A stretch of 64,000 nt of DNA, taken from an uncultured delta proteobacterium (GTDB taxonomy: Bacteria; Desulfobacterota; Binatia; HRBIN30; BPIQ01). The DNA lies in assembly GCA_963761335.1 (NCBI GenBank), contig CAVXGR010000013.1:256001-320000 (forward strand), written 5' to 3'. Positions 1-10,022 of this stretch are shown one piece after another. Position numbers and translations under genes: made by a program. Under the pieces are notes generated by a model that saw nothing but the letters and a program-made list of their open reading frames with translations, was not told the origin of the DNA and did not search any database. Positions within the stretch are counted from its first letter, which is position 1. Every line of letters begins with the position of its first letter.

Positions 1-413
1 TGTGGGCGCCGGGCAAGCCGTTCTTCCCTCTGGCCCTCTCGCTCGGCTACCGAGTCGCCGAAGTGACCGTGCGCCACGAGCCGCGGCGCGCCGGCAGGTC
101 GCGCTATACGCTGCTGGCGCTCTTGCGCATCAACTTCGACCTCATCACCAGCTTCACCACCCTGCCGCTGGCCCTCCTCGGCGCCGGTGGCGGCATTTGC
201 CTGGGGCTCGGGGCGCTCGGCATCGCCCTCTGCTGGTGGCTCCGCGCCACGCCGTTCGCTGCGGCGCTGTCGCTGACGCTCTTCGCGGTCGGCGCCGTAT
301 GGATCGCCGCCGGAGTGCTCGGCCTCTACCTCGGCCGCGTCTATCGCCTGGTTGCCGGCGGCGGCCCCGCATACGTGGTGCGGCGCGGCCCGCGCCGCAA
401 CGAGGCGGGCTGA
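1..413 (+). CDS. C-terminal part of an ArnC/DPM1-like family 2 glycosyltransferase (5' end outside window)
   Basis: Frame 3 is open from the window edge: ...LGYRVAEVTVRHEPRRAGRSRYTLLALLRINFDLITSFT-LPL, two TM helices, then GLYLGRVY...PAYVVR, the typical ArnC-type C-terminus. Confidence 0.8.
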   Translation, partial: WAPGKPFFPLALSLGYRVAEVTVRHEPRRAGRSRYTLLALLRINFDLITSFTTLPLALLGAGGGICLGLGALGIALCWWLRATPFAAALSLTLFAVGAVWIAAGVLGLYLGRVYRLVAGGGPAYVVRRGPRRNEAG

Positions 414-427
414 GGGTCGGCGAATCG

Positions 428-2498
428 GTGGACTCGACACTCGGCCGCACCACTCGCCTGCGCCGGTGGGGGATGCTGAGCGCGGTGCCGCTGCTGCTGG
501 CCTATGCCCTGCCTCTCCTGGCGCCGCCGCCGGCCGCGTGGAAGGCGGCGGCGCCAGGCGGCGGGCTGTGCGAGCGGATCTTTCCCGACGTGCCCGCATG
601 GTGGGTCGCCGGCCGTCTCGCCTGTCTCTTTCTGGGCGCGGCGCTGCTCGCCCTGAGCCTGCGTGAGCCGCTGCCGCTCCATCTCGGCGATGCCGCCGGC
701 GGCATGGCGCAGCGCCGCTCCCGCTGGCAAGCGCCGCTCGCCTGGACGGCGCTGGCGCTGGCCCTGGTGCAGGCGACCGGCGGGCTGTTCGCCTGGCGCT
801 TCGGCCGTCTGGCGGAGACGGTTTACTTCATCTTCCTCGGCGTGCCTGCGGCGCTGCAGTTTCTCGGCGAGATTGCCCCAGGCCTGGGGCGCGACGCGCC
901 AGCGCCTGGGCGTGCTCGCGACCTTCCTGATGGTGCCGGCGCTCTGGCTGGCGTGCTGCGCTCCTCTCGCCTGGCGCTCGCCGCGGGCCGCCAGCATCGT
1001 CGACGGCTGGCTGGCGGTGCAGCGCCTGGAGGAGGTGGCCGCCGGGCAGCAGAAGATCCTCGCCGACAGCGCCATCCCGGGGCTGACCAACGCCTACATG
1101 ATGTTCGAGGGGGCGCCGCTGCTCGGCCCCGGAGACGTTTCCTTCGCGCGGATACAGAGCCTCCACCTCTTGTGGACGGCCTTCTGCGCCATGGCGGTCG
1201 CCGTGCTCGTCTGGAAGACCGTCGGCCGCGGTGCCGCGGTCGTCGCGCAAGCCGTATTTCTCTTTTCGCCTCTGGTCTTCTCCTTTCCGTACGATCCCCT
1301 GAGCCTGTTCATCGGGCCGCTGAGCGCCGTCGTGCCGATGCTCCTCCTGCTGGCCGCCTACCGTTCGGGCTCGGCCGCGGCGTTCGCTGGCTTCGGAGCC
1401 GCCGTGGGCTTCGCCGGCCGCATTCCGCAGCTGGCGCCGATGGCGCTGCTGCTGTGTGCTCTGGCCTTGCTCGTCATCCGCTCGGTGCGCCTGCCCTGGC
1501 TCGCCGTCGCCGTCGCGGCGCTCTCCGGCGCGGCGGCGGCGCTTCCCGGCTTCCCCGACTTGCAGACGCTCTCCGCATCGGTGAGCGCTTTCACGCGCGG
1601 TATCGGGGAGTCGGTCGCCTTCACCAAGATCCTCTTCGGCCAGGAGAGCATCTCGCGCGCCGCGGCGACGTTGCAGGGGGCCCATCCGGGCGCCCTCGAC
1701 GTGCCTCTCGGCGCCGCGCTGGCGCCCTTCGCCATCGCCCGCACACCGCTGCGGCTCCTCGGCGACGCGCTTCTCGACCCCTTGGGGGCCATTCTGGTAG
1801 CTACCGGTCTATTCCTATGTCTGCTCCACTTCCGCAAGCGGGTGACGCTGATCGCCGTGGCCCTGCTCGCCACCGGATCACTGACCGCCGTAGTCTCCTC
1901 GGGCGACGCGGTGTCGCACACGCGTCTGGCACCGGCGCTGGTCCCGCTCGCCGTTCTCGCCGCGGTGGGCTTCGAGGCCCTGCGCCTCCGTCTGGCGGAG
2001 CGCTTGCCGTCCGCTGCCGTGGTGAGCGCGGCCGTGGGGCTGTCGGCGGCGAGCGGCGTGCTTCTCTTCGTCACCGTCAATCCCACCATTCTCGCCTCCT
2101 CGTCGCTGGAGATCAGCCTCGAATCGCTGGGCGGTGCGGCGACGACGGCGCGGCCGGTGTTCGTCGACTACGACGTCAACTGGCTGCACACGCAGCGGAT
2201 CGCCAGCCATCTGCCGGCGCGAGAGATTCCGTTCCTGACCGTGGCGGAGTTTCGGAGCAAAATCATCGGCGGCGGCGCCAAGCCGGCGTCGCTCTACTTC
2301 TGGAGCCCGGGGGTCGAGAAGAACGCGCACCTCTGGCGGGCCGTCTGCCGGCGCTGGCCGGGGGCGGCGCTGTACACCCTGCGGGGCCGTGCCGGCCTGT
2401 CGCACGCCCTTGCCGCCAGCCCGTCGGGGCGGGACTGGTCTCCCTCCCTGAGACGCTCGCAGTGGAGCGTCGCCGGCTGCGGCTCAGCAGAACCGTGA
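428..2498 (+). pseudogene. Polytopic membrane protein (possible GT-C/PMT-like glycosyltransferase) interrupted by an apparent frameshift near 870
   Basis: Hydrophobic, GC3-rich coding in frame 2 (428-~872, ...VYFIFLGVPAALQFLGE) continues in frame 3 (RLPQAWGATRQRLGVLATFL...) to the stop at 2498; many TM segments and a soluble C-terminal domain. Could be an assembly error rather than a true pseudogene. Confidence 0.55.
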
Positions 2499-4517
2499 AC
2501 GGCGCAGATACGGATTCACGCCGGGATCGGTCTGCGGGTAGATGAAGGAGCGCGCCCGCAGCACCGGGTTGGAGACCTCGGCGCACAGGGCGCGGATGTC
2601 GCGCGCCTGCGCCTCGTCGTGCCAAAAGCGCATCTTCTTCGGCTGCTGCAGGCGGAACTCGCTGGGATCGACGCGAAACTCGCGGGCCATGATGCGGTCG
2701 AAGGCGAAGCGAAAGGTGCCCTCGGGCTCCAGCTCGCTGTCGAGGATGCGGCGCCGGCGCAGGCGGCTGTACTCGATCAGCTCGTCGACGTACTCCGCCA
2801 GCGAGGAGCAACCCCGATCGGCGGCGGCGATGCATTCCCAGAGCGCCTGGCGGGATACTCCGAGAATCGGCTCGATGTGCTCGAGCAGGGCGATCGCCTT
2901 GAGCGTCCCCAAGCTGTTCTTGTACTCCTCGAGCGCATAGCGCTCGAGATTGGCGGGGTCGCGGAAGTAGTCCAGGCAGGCCTCGCGGGAGTCGAAGAGA
3001 TAGCTGCGCACCCCTTCCTCGAGGGCGGCGTACACCGCCTGCAGCTCCGCCGGAAAGGAGCCGAACTGCGCATGGCAACGCTCCACGAAGTCGAACATCG
3101 ACAGGCCGAGGGCGCGGGTGAGGCCGTGGATCTCCTCGAGGTAGATGTCGTTGTAGAAGATCTCCACCGAGAGCTCGAAGCGCTTGCAGGAGAGGTACTC
3201 GGCGAAGCTCATGGTGTTGGTGGCAATGACGATCTCGGTCACCTCGACGCTCGGGAAAGGTGCTCCGGTGAAGCGGTAGCTGCCGTGGCACTGGGGCAGA
3301 ACGCGGAAGCGCGTGTCCAGCTCGAACTGCCGCCGCGTCGCCTGGCTGGCCAGGTCGGTTCCCGGCAGCAGCACCAGCGGATACATCTTGATGCGCTGCA
3401 TGCCGGCCTCCATGGCGGCGCGGATCGAGCCGAGGTGAGAGCCCACGGTGTCGCCCGGCAGATTGAGGATGAGCTCGGTGTAGGAGCGCTGGTCGAGCTC
3501 CATCGCCGCGCGCGCCATGTCCATGAGGATGGCCTCGGAGATGTTGGACCTCTTGATGTTGCGCAGTGTCTGCGGGTCGGTCGACTGCAGCGCCGGGCCG
3601 AAGCGCATGGCGCCCTTGGTGCGCCGCACGGCCTCGAGGACGCGCTCCTTGCGGTTCTTGCCGGTCGATACCTCGATGGTCTCGGGCCAGCCGTGCGCCT
3701 CGCGCACCTCGGCGATGACGTCGCAGATCTCGAGGTCGTTGGCATACATGCCGAAGTTCGAGTCGGCGATGTGCAGGCGGGGCGGACCGCCCGCCATGCG
3801 GTGGGCGATGTATTCGAGCTCGGCGCGAAACCTGTCGGTCGTCGTCGAGCCGAGCTTGGTGTAGTAGTCCTCGCCCTCGACGCAGAAGGTGCACTGGAAG
3901 GGACAGCCGCGCTTGGTCTGGATCAGGGGCACCAGGTCCTTGCGCGCGAAGAACTTGTCCATCAGCCCGCACAGGTACGGCGACGGAAACTCGTCGAGGT
4001 TGCGCTGCCGCAACGCCGGCGTCGGGGCGATCAGCTCGCCGTCCAGCAGGTAGTGGACCGCGGGAATCTGCGGTCGCCGGCGCCGCAGCGCGCCGGCGTC
4101 GAAGTCGACCTCCCGCAACTGCCGGAGCAGCTCGAGGAAGGGGATCTCGCCTTCCTTGTAGACGTAGAAGTCGACCAGGGGATGGCTCTCGAGGAAGGCG
4201 CGCTGCTGCTCTGCCTCGATCGGATAGTTCGGCCCGCCCATGATGATGACCGTCTGCGGCGCCAGTGCCTTTGCCTGGCGGATGACCTCGTAGCCGAGCT
4301 CGAGGTTCCACACGTAGTTGGTGAAGCCCATCACCTCCGGCGTGTGCGCCGCGAACACCTCGCCCAGGCTCTCCGGCGAGCGGAAGATCTCGATGCAAGC
4401 GCTCTCCAGGCCGGCCGCAGCGTAGGCGCCGACGCAACCCGCCGCATACGGGAACGTCTTGTTCTGGTTGTGCGGGTGGAGCATGTCGCCCAGGAGTATG
4501 CTGATCGAGTCACTCAT
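2484..4517 (-). CDS. Cobalamin-binding radical SAM protein (class B methyltransferase-like)
   Basis: N-terminal B12-binding region (MGFTNYVWN, IIMGGPN, YKEGE), RGCPFQCTFC CxxxCxxC motif, IADSNFG. Confidence 0.9.
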   Translation of the reverse strand: MSDSISILLGDMLHPHNQNKTFPYAAGCVGAYAAAGLESACIEIFRSPESLGEVFAAHTPEVMGFTNYVWNLELGYEVIRQAKALAPQTVIIMGGPNYPIEAEQQRAFLESHPLVDFYVYKEGEIPFLELLRQLREVDFDAGALRRRRPQIPAVHYLLDGELIAPTPALRQRNLDEFPSPYLCGLMDKFFARKDLVPLIQTKRGCPFQCTFCVEGEDYYTKLGSTTTDRFRAELEYIAHRMAGGPPRLHIADSNFGMYANDLEICDVIAEVREAHGWPETIEVSTGKNRKERVLEAVRRTKGAMRFGPALQSTDPQTLRNIKRSNISEAILMDMARAAMELDQRSYTELILNLPGDTVGSHLGSIRAAMEAGMQRIKMYPLVLLPGTDLASQATRRQFELDTRFRVLPQCHGSYRFTGAPFPSVEVTEIVIATNTMSFAEYLSCKRFELSVEIFYNDIYLEEIHGLTRALGLSMFDFVERCHAQFGSFPAELQAVYAALEEGVRSYLFDSREACLDYFRDPANLERYALEEYKNSLGTLKAIALLEHIEPILGVSRQALWECIAAADRGCSSLAEYVDELIEYSRLRRRRILDSELEPEGTFRFAFDRIMAREFRVDPSEFRLQQPKKMRFWHDEAQARDIRALCAEVSNPVLRARSFIYPQTDPGVNPYLRRSRFC

Positions 4518-4566
4518 GAAGAACGTCTCGGCGCTGACTTCGTGGAAAGCGGGTCGATACCCTGAC

Positions 4567-6027
4567 TTACAATGGCGCTTGCCCCCGGCGCAAGCCGCTT
4601 CCTCGCCGCCGCATGCGCTCGAGGACGTTGGCGGTGATGCGCTGCGCCCGCGGATCGGGGCCCTCGGGGATCGCTTCGTAGGTCAGCGGGCGCACCTGAC
4701 CGGGCGGCTCGGACAGCCCGTGAGACCACCAGCAGCTCGAGGCGTTGAAGACGAAGTTGCCGCGCGGCCCGGGGTACACGGTGGCGGTGTACACACCCTC
4801 GCCGTGATGGCTCCGCGTCGGACCGGTGGCGACGATCTCGAGACCTGGAATGGCCGCCGGCTCGGCGTGGTATTCCCAGCCGACCAGCCCGGCGATGCCG
4901 TCGCCGCGGCGCATGCCGGTGCCCTCGAAGAGCCAGTGTTCCGGCGCGGCGCAGATCCAGGCGCCGCTGCCGGTGGCCGGGACCGGGGTGCGGGCGCCAA
5001 CCAGGGCGCTCTCGCTCGGCGCCGACTGCGCCAGTCGCCGCGCTTCGGGAAACCACTCGAACTCCTCCGGATGCGTGCCGCCGAAGCGGTCGAGGCGCGA
5101 GAAGACGCGGTCCGGCCGCCCGGCGCTCGACCGCCGCAGACCGATCAGCCCGCAGCAGGTGTTGCCGGAGAGGAAGGCGACGTCGAGTCCCTCGGCGATC
5201 AGGCGCCGCAGCCCGGTGAACATCTCCATGGTGTAGTACTCGTCGTGGCCGACGGACAGAAAGCCGTGTGCCCGCGCCAGCGCTCCCGGATCCCGATGCG
5301 TGTCGATGCCGGAGACGTAGGTGACGTCGTCGCCGCGCGACTCCATCCAGTAGGCCAGCGGGTACTCCCAGAGCAGCCATTCCCCCGATCCGGTCGACAG
5401 CGGCGCATCGACGATCTGGCAGTACTTGCCGTACGGGCGGTCGAAGCTGACGTCGGCATCGGGGCCCCAGGCCCAGAACTTCTCGCCGTCGTCGTACAGC
5501 GAATAGCGATCCGGCCAGCGGTTGTATGCCTGCCAGGTCAGGTCGGAGCACTGGAGGACGAAGTCGGCCGGGCGCTGGTCGCGAACGATGAAGATCAGGT
5601 AGCTCTGCACCCCGTCGCGCTCGGCGGTGAGCTTGCCGAGATAGACCCCGCTCACCCAGTCGGCGGCAATCTCGACCGCGGCGCAGCTCTTCCAGCGACA
5701 CTCGCGCAGCCGCTTCGCGCCAACCGGCGGCTCGGGCTGCGCCGTGCCGCGGAAAGGTCCGAGGCGCAGGACGCTTCGCGCGCCGCTGCCGCTGTAATGG
5801 CCCATGCGGTACAGCTCCAGGGTGAAGGCCGAGGGCGGGTCGGTGCTGACGTGAAAGGAAATCGATTCGCCGGCGCGGACGCTGGTGGCGGAGCAGTAGC
5901 CCTCGATCCACGGACAGCGGAAGCGACTGGCCGAATCGATCCTCGGGTTGTCGAGAAGCCAGTCGCGGGTTCCCGGGCGCGCGTTCTCGCGGCGAATCAG
6001 ATCTGGGTCGCGCGGCGGGGCGGACAT
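4567..6027 (-). CDS. N,N-dimethylformamidase beta-subunit family (DUF6605-like) protein
   Basis: ENARPGTRDW start, IEGYCSATSV, TWQAYNRW, VSFDRPY, SVGHDEYY, GLVGWEY motifs; ATG at 6027. Confidence 0.75.
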   Translation of the reverse strand: MSAPPRDPDLIRRENARPGTRDWLLDNPRIDSASRFRCPWIEGYCSATSVRAGESISFHVSTDPPSAFTLELYRMGHYSGSGARSVLRLGPFRGTAQPEPPVGAKRLRECRWKSCAAVEIAADWVSGVYLGKLTAERDGVQSYLIFIVRDQRPADFVLQCSDLTWQAYNRWPDRYSLYDDGEKFWAWGPDADVSFDRPYGKYCQIVDAPLSTGSGEWLLWEYPLAYWMESRGDDVTYVSGIDTHRDPGALARAHGFLSVGHDEYYTMEMFTGLRRLIAEGLDVAFLSGNTCCGLIGLRRSSAGRPDRVFSRLDRFGGTHPEEFEWFPEARRLAQSAPSESALVGARTPVPATGSGAWICAAPEHWLFEGTGMRRGDGIAGLVGWEYHAEPAAIPGLEIVATGPTRSHHGEGVYTATVYPGPRGNFVFNASSCWWSHGLSEPPGQVRPLTYEAIPEGPDPRAQRITANVLERMRRRGSGLRRGQAPL

Positions 6028-7025
6028 GACTCGTCGATGGAAGCGCGGCGGTTGGGGTACTCCGGCAGGCCGTGCTCCTCGTCGAGGTCGCGCAGCTGAT
6101 AGAACGGCAGAGCCTGTTGCAGCTGATAGAGGCGCTGGCAGTACTGTCCCAGCAGGGCCACCAGGGCGCCGAGCAGTCCACCGGCGAGGAGCACGAGGCC
6201 GGCCATCACGTCGCCGAACGGCAGCAGGACGACTCCGGCGAGTGCCGCAACGATGGCGGCGATGCCGGCGGCGAGGAAGGGACGATCGGCGGTCAGCATG
6301 AAGTAGTCCACAGCGATGCCGAGCAGCGACAGGAAGGAATGGCCGCCGGACTTCTGCGCCAACGGCCGCAGCGGAACCTCGGTGACGCGGCGGGCGCGGC
6401 GCAGAAAGACGGGGGTGAGAAGGCGGCGGCTCTCGCCCTCCGACTCGAGATCGCGGACGACCCACGACTGGAAGCTGCGCATGCCGCAGCCGATGTCACG
6501 GATGTTGCTTCTCGTCCGGCGCCGCGCGTAGATGTTCATCAGCCACGACGGCAGGCGCCTGGTCAGCAGTGGGGCGCGGCGGTTCTCGCGGTAGCCGCAG
6601 ACCAGGTCGTAGCCGCGCTGCAGAGGCTCGAGCAGCGCCGGGATGTCCTCGGGGCAGTTCTCCAGATCCGCGTCCATGCAGATCGCCCAGCGGCCGCGGA
6701 CCAGATCGAAGCCGGCACAGACCGCCGCCTGACTGCCGAAGTTGCGCACCAGGGCAAAGGGGCGAACCCGCGGGTCGCGGGCGGCTCGGGCGCGCAGCAG
6801 GGGGAGGCTCTGATCGCGGGAGCCGTCGTCCACGAAGATGAGCTCGAAGGAGACGCCCATCGGCTCGAGCACGGCGACCAGCCGGTCGATCAGCTCCTCC
6901 AGCGTGGAGGAGTTGTTGTAGACCGGAATGACCACCGAGAGGTCGAGCTCGCCTGCGGGTCGAAGCTCGCCGCGGGCACCCGACCCGATGCGACTCGCTC
7001 CCACGCCTGGATTGCCGTTGCGCAT
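5997..7025 (-). CDS. ArnC/DPM1-like family 2 glycosyltransferase
   Basis: SVVIPVYN, FVDDGSRD, RNFGSQAA, MDADLEN, DIGCGMR motifs; two C-terminal TM helices. Confidence 0.9.
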   Translation of the reverse strand: MRNGNPGVGASRIGSGARGELRPAGELDLSVVIPVYNNSSTLEELIDRLVAVLEPMGVSFELIFVDDGSRDQSLPLLRARAARDPRVRPFALVRNFGSQAAVCAGFDLVRGRWAICMDADLENCPEDIPALLEPLQRGYDLVCGYRENRRAPLLTRRLPSWLMNIYARRRTRSNIRDIGCGMRSFQSWVVRDLESEGESRRLLTPVFLRRARRVTEVPLRPLAQKSGGHSFLSLLGIAVDYFMLTADRPFLAAGIAAIVAALAGVVLLPFGDVMAGLVLLAGGLLGALVALLGQYCQRLYQLQQALPFYQLRDLDEEHGLPEYPNRRASIDESCPPRRATQI

Positions 7026-7090
7026 CTTATCGCCGGACGCTACTACTTTCTTTTTGCCCGTGCCATACGAATAATCTGCGCCAGAGTTTC

Positions 7091-8065
7091 ATGGCTCGAC
7101 CGCTGCCGCACGCCGAACTGTACGAAGCGCCCGCCCCGACGGCGGCGGTGGACGTCTCCGTTCTCATTCCCGTCTACAACAACGCCGACACCCTCGACGA
7201 GCTGATCGACCGGCTGCTCGCCGTGCTCGAGCCGATGGGCGTCTCCTTCGAGCTCATCTTCGTGGACGACGGCTCCCGCGACCAGAGCCTCGAGATCCTC
7301 GAGCGCCGCGCCGACACCGATCCGCGCCTGCGCGTCTTCGCCCTGGTGCGCAACTTCGGCGGCCAGGCCGCCTCGGCCGCCGCCTGCGACCAGGCCCGCG
7401 GCCAGCGCGTCGTCCACATCGACGCCGATTTGGAGAACTATCCGGAGGACATCCCGCGCCTGCTCGAGCGCCTGGACGGCGATTGCGACCTGGTCTGCGG
7501 CTACCGCGAGAACCGCCGCGACCCGTGGATCAGCCGCCGCCTGCCCTCCTTCCTGATCAACGTGTACGTGCGCCGCCAGACCGGCACCGAGATCCGCGAC
7601 GTCGGCTGCGGCCTGCGCGCCTTCGAGGCGCGCCTGATCCACGACCTGCCAGCCGAAGGCGAGGCCCGGCGGCTGCTCACCCCGGTATTGCTGCGGCGCT
7701 CGCGGCGGATTCTCCAGGTGCCCGTGCGCCACCGGCCCCGGCCGGGGCGCGGCGGACATTCGTTCTTCTCACTCCTCGGCATCTCCATCGACTATTACAT
7801 GCTGACGGCGCGCCGCCCATTCCTGATCAGCGGACTGGTGTCGGCGGCGGCTGCGGCCGCCGGGATCGGTATGCTCACCTCCGGCCGGGTCCTCGCCGGT
7901 CTGCTGCTGATCGGCGCCGGTGGCGTCGGCGCCATGCTCTCCCTGGTCGGCGAGTACGCGCAGCGGGTCTACCAGCTGGCGCAGGGCATGCCGTTCTACA
8001 AGCTCCGCGACCTCGATCGCGAAGACGCCAGCGCCGCCGAGGAGCACCAGCGCACGGCCGGATAA
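7091..8065 (+). CDS. ArnC/DPM1-like family 2 glycosyltransferase, divergently transcribed paralog of 5997-7025
   Basis: SVLIPVYN, FVDDGSRD, RNFGGQAA, IDADLEN, DVGCGLR motifs; two C-terminal TM helices. Confidence 0.9.
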   Translation: MARPLPHAELYEAPAPTAAVDVSVLIPVYNNADTLDELIDRLLAVLEPMGVSFELIFVDDGSRDQSLEILERRADTDPRLRVFALVRNFGGQAASAAACDQARGQRVVHIDADLENYPEDIPRLLERLDGDCDLVCGYRENRRDPWISRRLPSFLINVYVRRQTGTEIRDVGCGLRAFEARLIHDLPAEGEARRLLTPVLLRRSRRILQVPVRHRPRPGRGGHSFFSLLGISIDYYMLTARRPFLISGLVSAAAAAAGIGMLTSGRVLAGLLLIGAGGVGAMLSLVGEYAQRVYQLAQGMPFYKLRDLDREDASAAEEHQRTAG

Positions 8066-8072
8066 CCATCGG

Positions 8073-8149
8073 GGGGACAGGCACCTTTTCGGCTGAGACG
8101 GTCAGTGTCCTGTTCGACTTTCCCTTTCGCCGAAAAGGAGCCTGTCCCC
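8073..8149. repeat. REP/MITE-like inverted repeat element
   Basis: GGGGACAGGCACCTTTTCGGC (8073-8093) and GCCGAAAAGGAGCCTGTCCCC (8129-8149) are 20/21 complementary, with a 35-nt spacer. Confidence 0.8.
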
Positions 8150-8221
8150 ATCCCGGAAATGCTGTTGCAATCGCCGGGAGGCGGCGATACAGGAACCGTG
8201 TCCCTGGGGGGGGATTGCTCA

Positions 8222-9985
8222 GTGCGTGTTTTGAGAACCGTCTTGGTCGCCCCGTCGCGGTATGACGAGCGCGGCGTGGTGGTCTTTCGCATCGGCATCA
8301 GCCCGAACGGCGCGCTCGGAGCTCTGGCCGGTCTGGCGGAGGACTACAACCGCCGGCACGCCGGCCACACGCGCATCGACTACGAGTTCTTCGACGAGCA
8401 CGTGCGGCAGGCAATCGACGCAGAGCTGCTGCGGCGCTGGCGCGACGAAGCCGCCGCCGCGGGGCAGCGTTTCGTGCTCATGCTCTGCGGTGTGCAAACG
8501 GTTACCTACCCGCGAGCGCGCGACATCGCGCTGATGGCGCTGCGCGAGGGCATCGCAGTCATCGCCGGCGGCGTGCATCTCTCGGCGCACGGTCCGTCGG
8601 TCGACTTCCTGGTGTCCTGTGGCGTGCGCGTGGCGATCGGCGAGGTCGAGCCGATCTGGGACGGTATCGTCGAGGACGCCCTCTGTGGGACGCTGCGGAG
8701 CATCTATCGCATCGCCCCCGAGCAGGGCATCCGGGTCAAAGCGGCGACCTCGGAGATGATTGCCCCGGACATCGCCGCGGTGCCCTTCCCCCACATCCCC
8801 GCCGCGTGCCGTCGCCACTACATCAATCCCTCGCAGCTCTTCATCGACGGATCGCGCGGCTGCCCCTTCCTGTGCACCTTCTGCGTGGTCAAGAACGTCT
8901 TCGGCCGCACGGTGCGCAGCCGCGACCCGGCGCGACTGGCGGAGTGGATGATGGAGCGCGTGCGCCGCGACGGGGTGCGCGCCTTCAGCTTCACCGATGA
9001 CAACTTCGTGCGCAATCCTCGCCACATGGAGCTGCTCGAGCGGCTCGCCGAGGCGCGCGCCGGCGGCGCCGAGTTCTCGCTCTGGCTGATCCTCGACGTC
9101 GAGTCGACCTGCTACGCGCGCGACGACTCGCCGCGCGGCGAGCGCACCCGCGAGTTTCTGCACCTGTGCCGCGCCGCCGGTGTCGGGCACGTCTACATGG
9201 GGCTGGAGAGCACCAACGACGCGGTGCTGCGCGAGATGCGCAAGGGCGTCAACCGCGACCGGGAGGACATCCACGGCGCGGCGGGCAACCACGACGGCGA
9301 CGCCGCCCGCCGCCGCCTGATCCACCGCTACCGCACCGCGGTGCGCGCCTGGCACGACATCGGCGCCTCCGTCGAGTGCGGCTACATTCTCGGCTTTCAC
9401 GCCGACCAGCGGGGTGTCGGCGCGCAGGCGGCGCGCGACCTGATCGAGATCGGCGTCGACGTCGCTACCTTCTTTCTGCTGGCGCCGCTGCCGGGGTCGG
9501 AAGACTACGCACGCGCCGTGCGCGAGGGCACTCTGGCCGAGAGCGATTTCAACGAGTTCTTTCAGCGCTCGATGCTGCGCCACCCGGTGCTCTCTGCGGC
9601 CGAAATGGAGGCCGAGCTCGACGAAGCGGTGCAGCGGATGTGGAGCCTGCCCAACGTGGTTCGCCGGGTCGCCGGCGGCGTCTTCGGAATCGGCCGCCGA
9701 CGCGTGACGACGCCGTGGATCTACTTCAAGCGACAGGTCGGATACAAGGTCATGATCAGCACCGGGCTGCACACTTACGTCGAGGGCGGGCTACTGCGGC
9801 GCCGCAGCCCCTCCAGCGCTCGCCGTCTGGCGATCGACGACCAGGAGGCGCGCACCCTTTACCTCGGCGACGACCCGGGAGGGCGCTCCGCCCTGCCCCC
9901 GATCATGCGCGACGCCTCCAGCATGGAGTCCCTGCCCGTGCTCCGCGACCACCTCCTGACCGAGACCGCCCGCCTCGCCGGCTGA
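8222..9985 (+). CDS. Cobalamin-binding radical SAM protein (BchE-like family)
   Basis: LVAPSRYDERG N-terminus, GVQTVTYPRARDIA, IAGGVH, RGCPFLCTFC, FTDDNF, MGLES, PLPGSED; start uncertain (GTG 8222 or TTG 8231). Confidence 0.85.
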   Translation: MRVLRTVLVAPSRYDERGVVVFRIGISPNGALGALAGLAEDYNRRHAGHTRIDYEFFDEHVRQAIDAELLRRWRDEAAAAGQRFVLMLCGVQTVTYPRARDIALMALREGIAVIAGGVHLSAHGPSVDFLVSCGVRVAIGEVEPIWDGIVEDALCGTLRSIYRIAPEQGIRVKAATSEMIAPDIAAVPFPHIPAACRRHYINPSQLFIDGSRGCPFLCTFCVVKNVFGRTVRSRDPARLAEWMMERVRRDGVRAFSFTDDNFVRNPRHMELLERLAEARAGGAEFSLWLILDVESTCYARDDSPRGERTREFLHLCRAAGVGHVYMGLESTNDAVLREMRKGVNRDREDIHGAAGNHDGDAARRRLIHRYRTAVRAWHDIGASVECGYILGFHADQRGVGAQAARDLIEIGVDVATFFLLAPLPGSEDYARAVREGTLAESDFNEFFQRSMLRHPVLSAAEMEAELDEAVQRMWSLPNVVRRVAGGVFGIGRRRVTTPWIYFKRQVGYKVMISTGLHTYVEGGLLRRRSPSSARRLAIDDQEARTLYLGDDPGGRSALPPIMRDASSMESLPVLRDHLLTETARLAG

Positions 9986-10022
9986 GCGACGGTCTCCGTT
10001 TCGACCGACTCGGGCTCGACCC

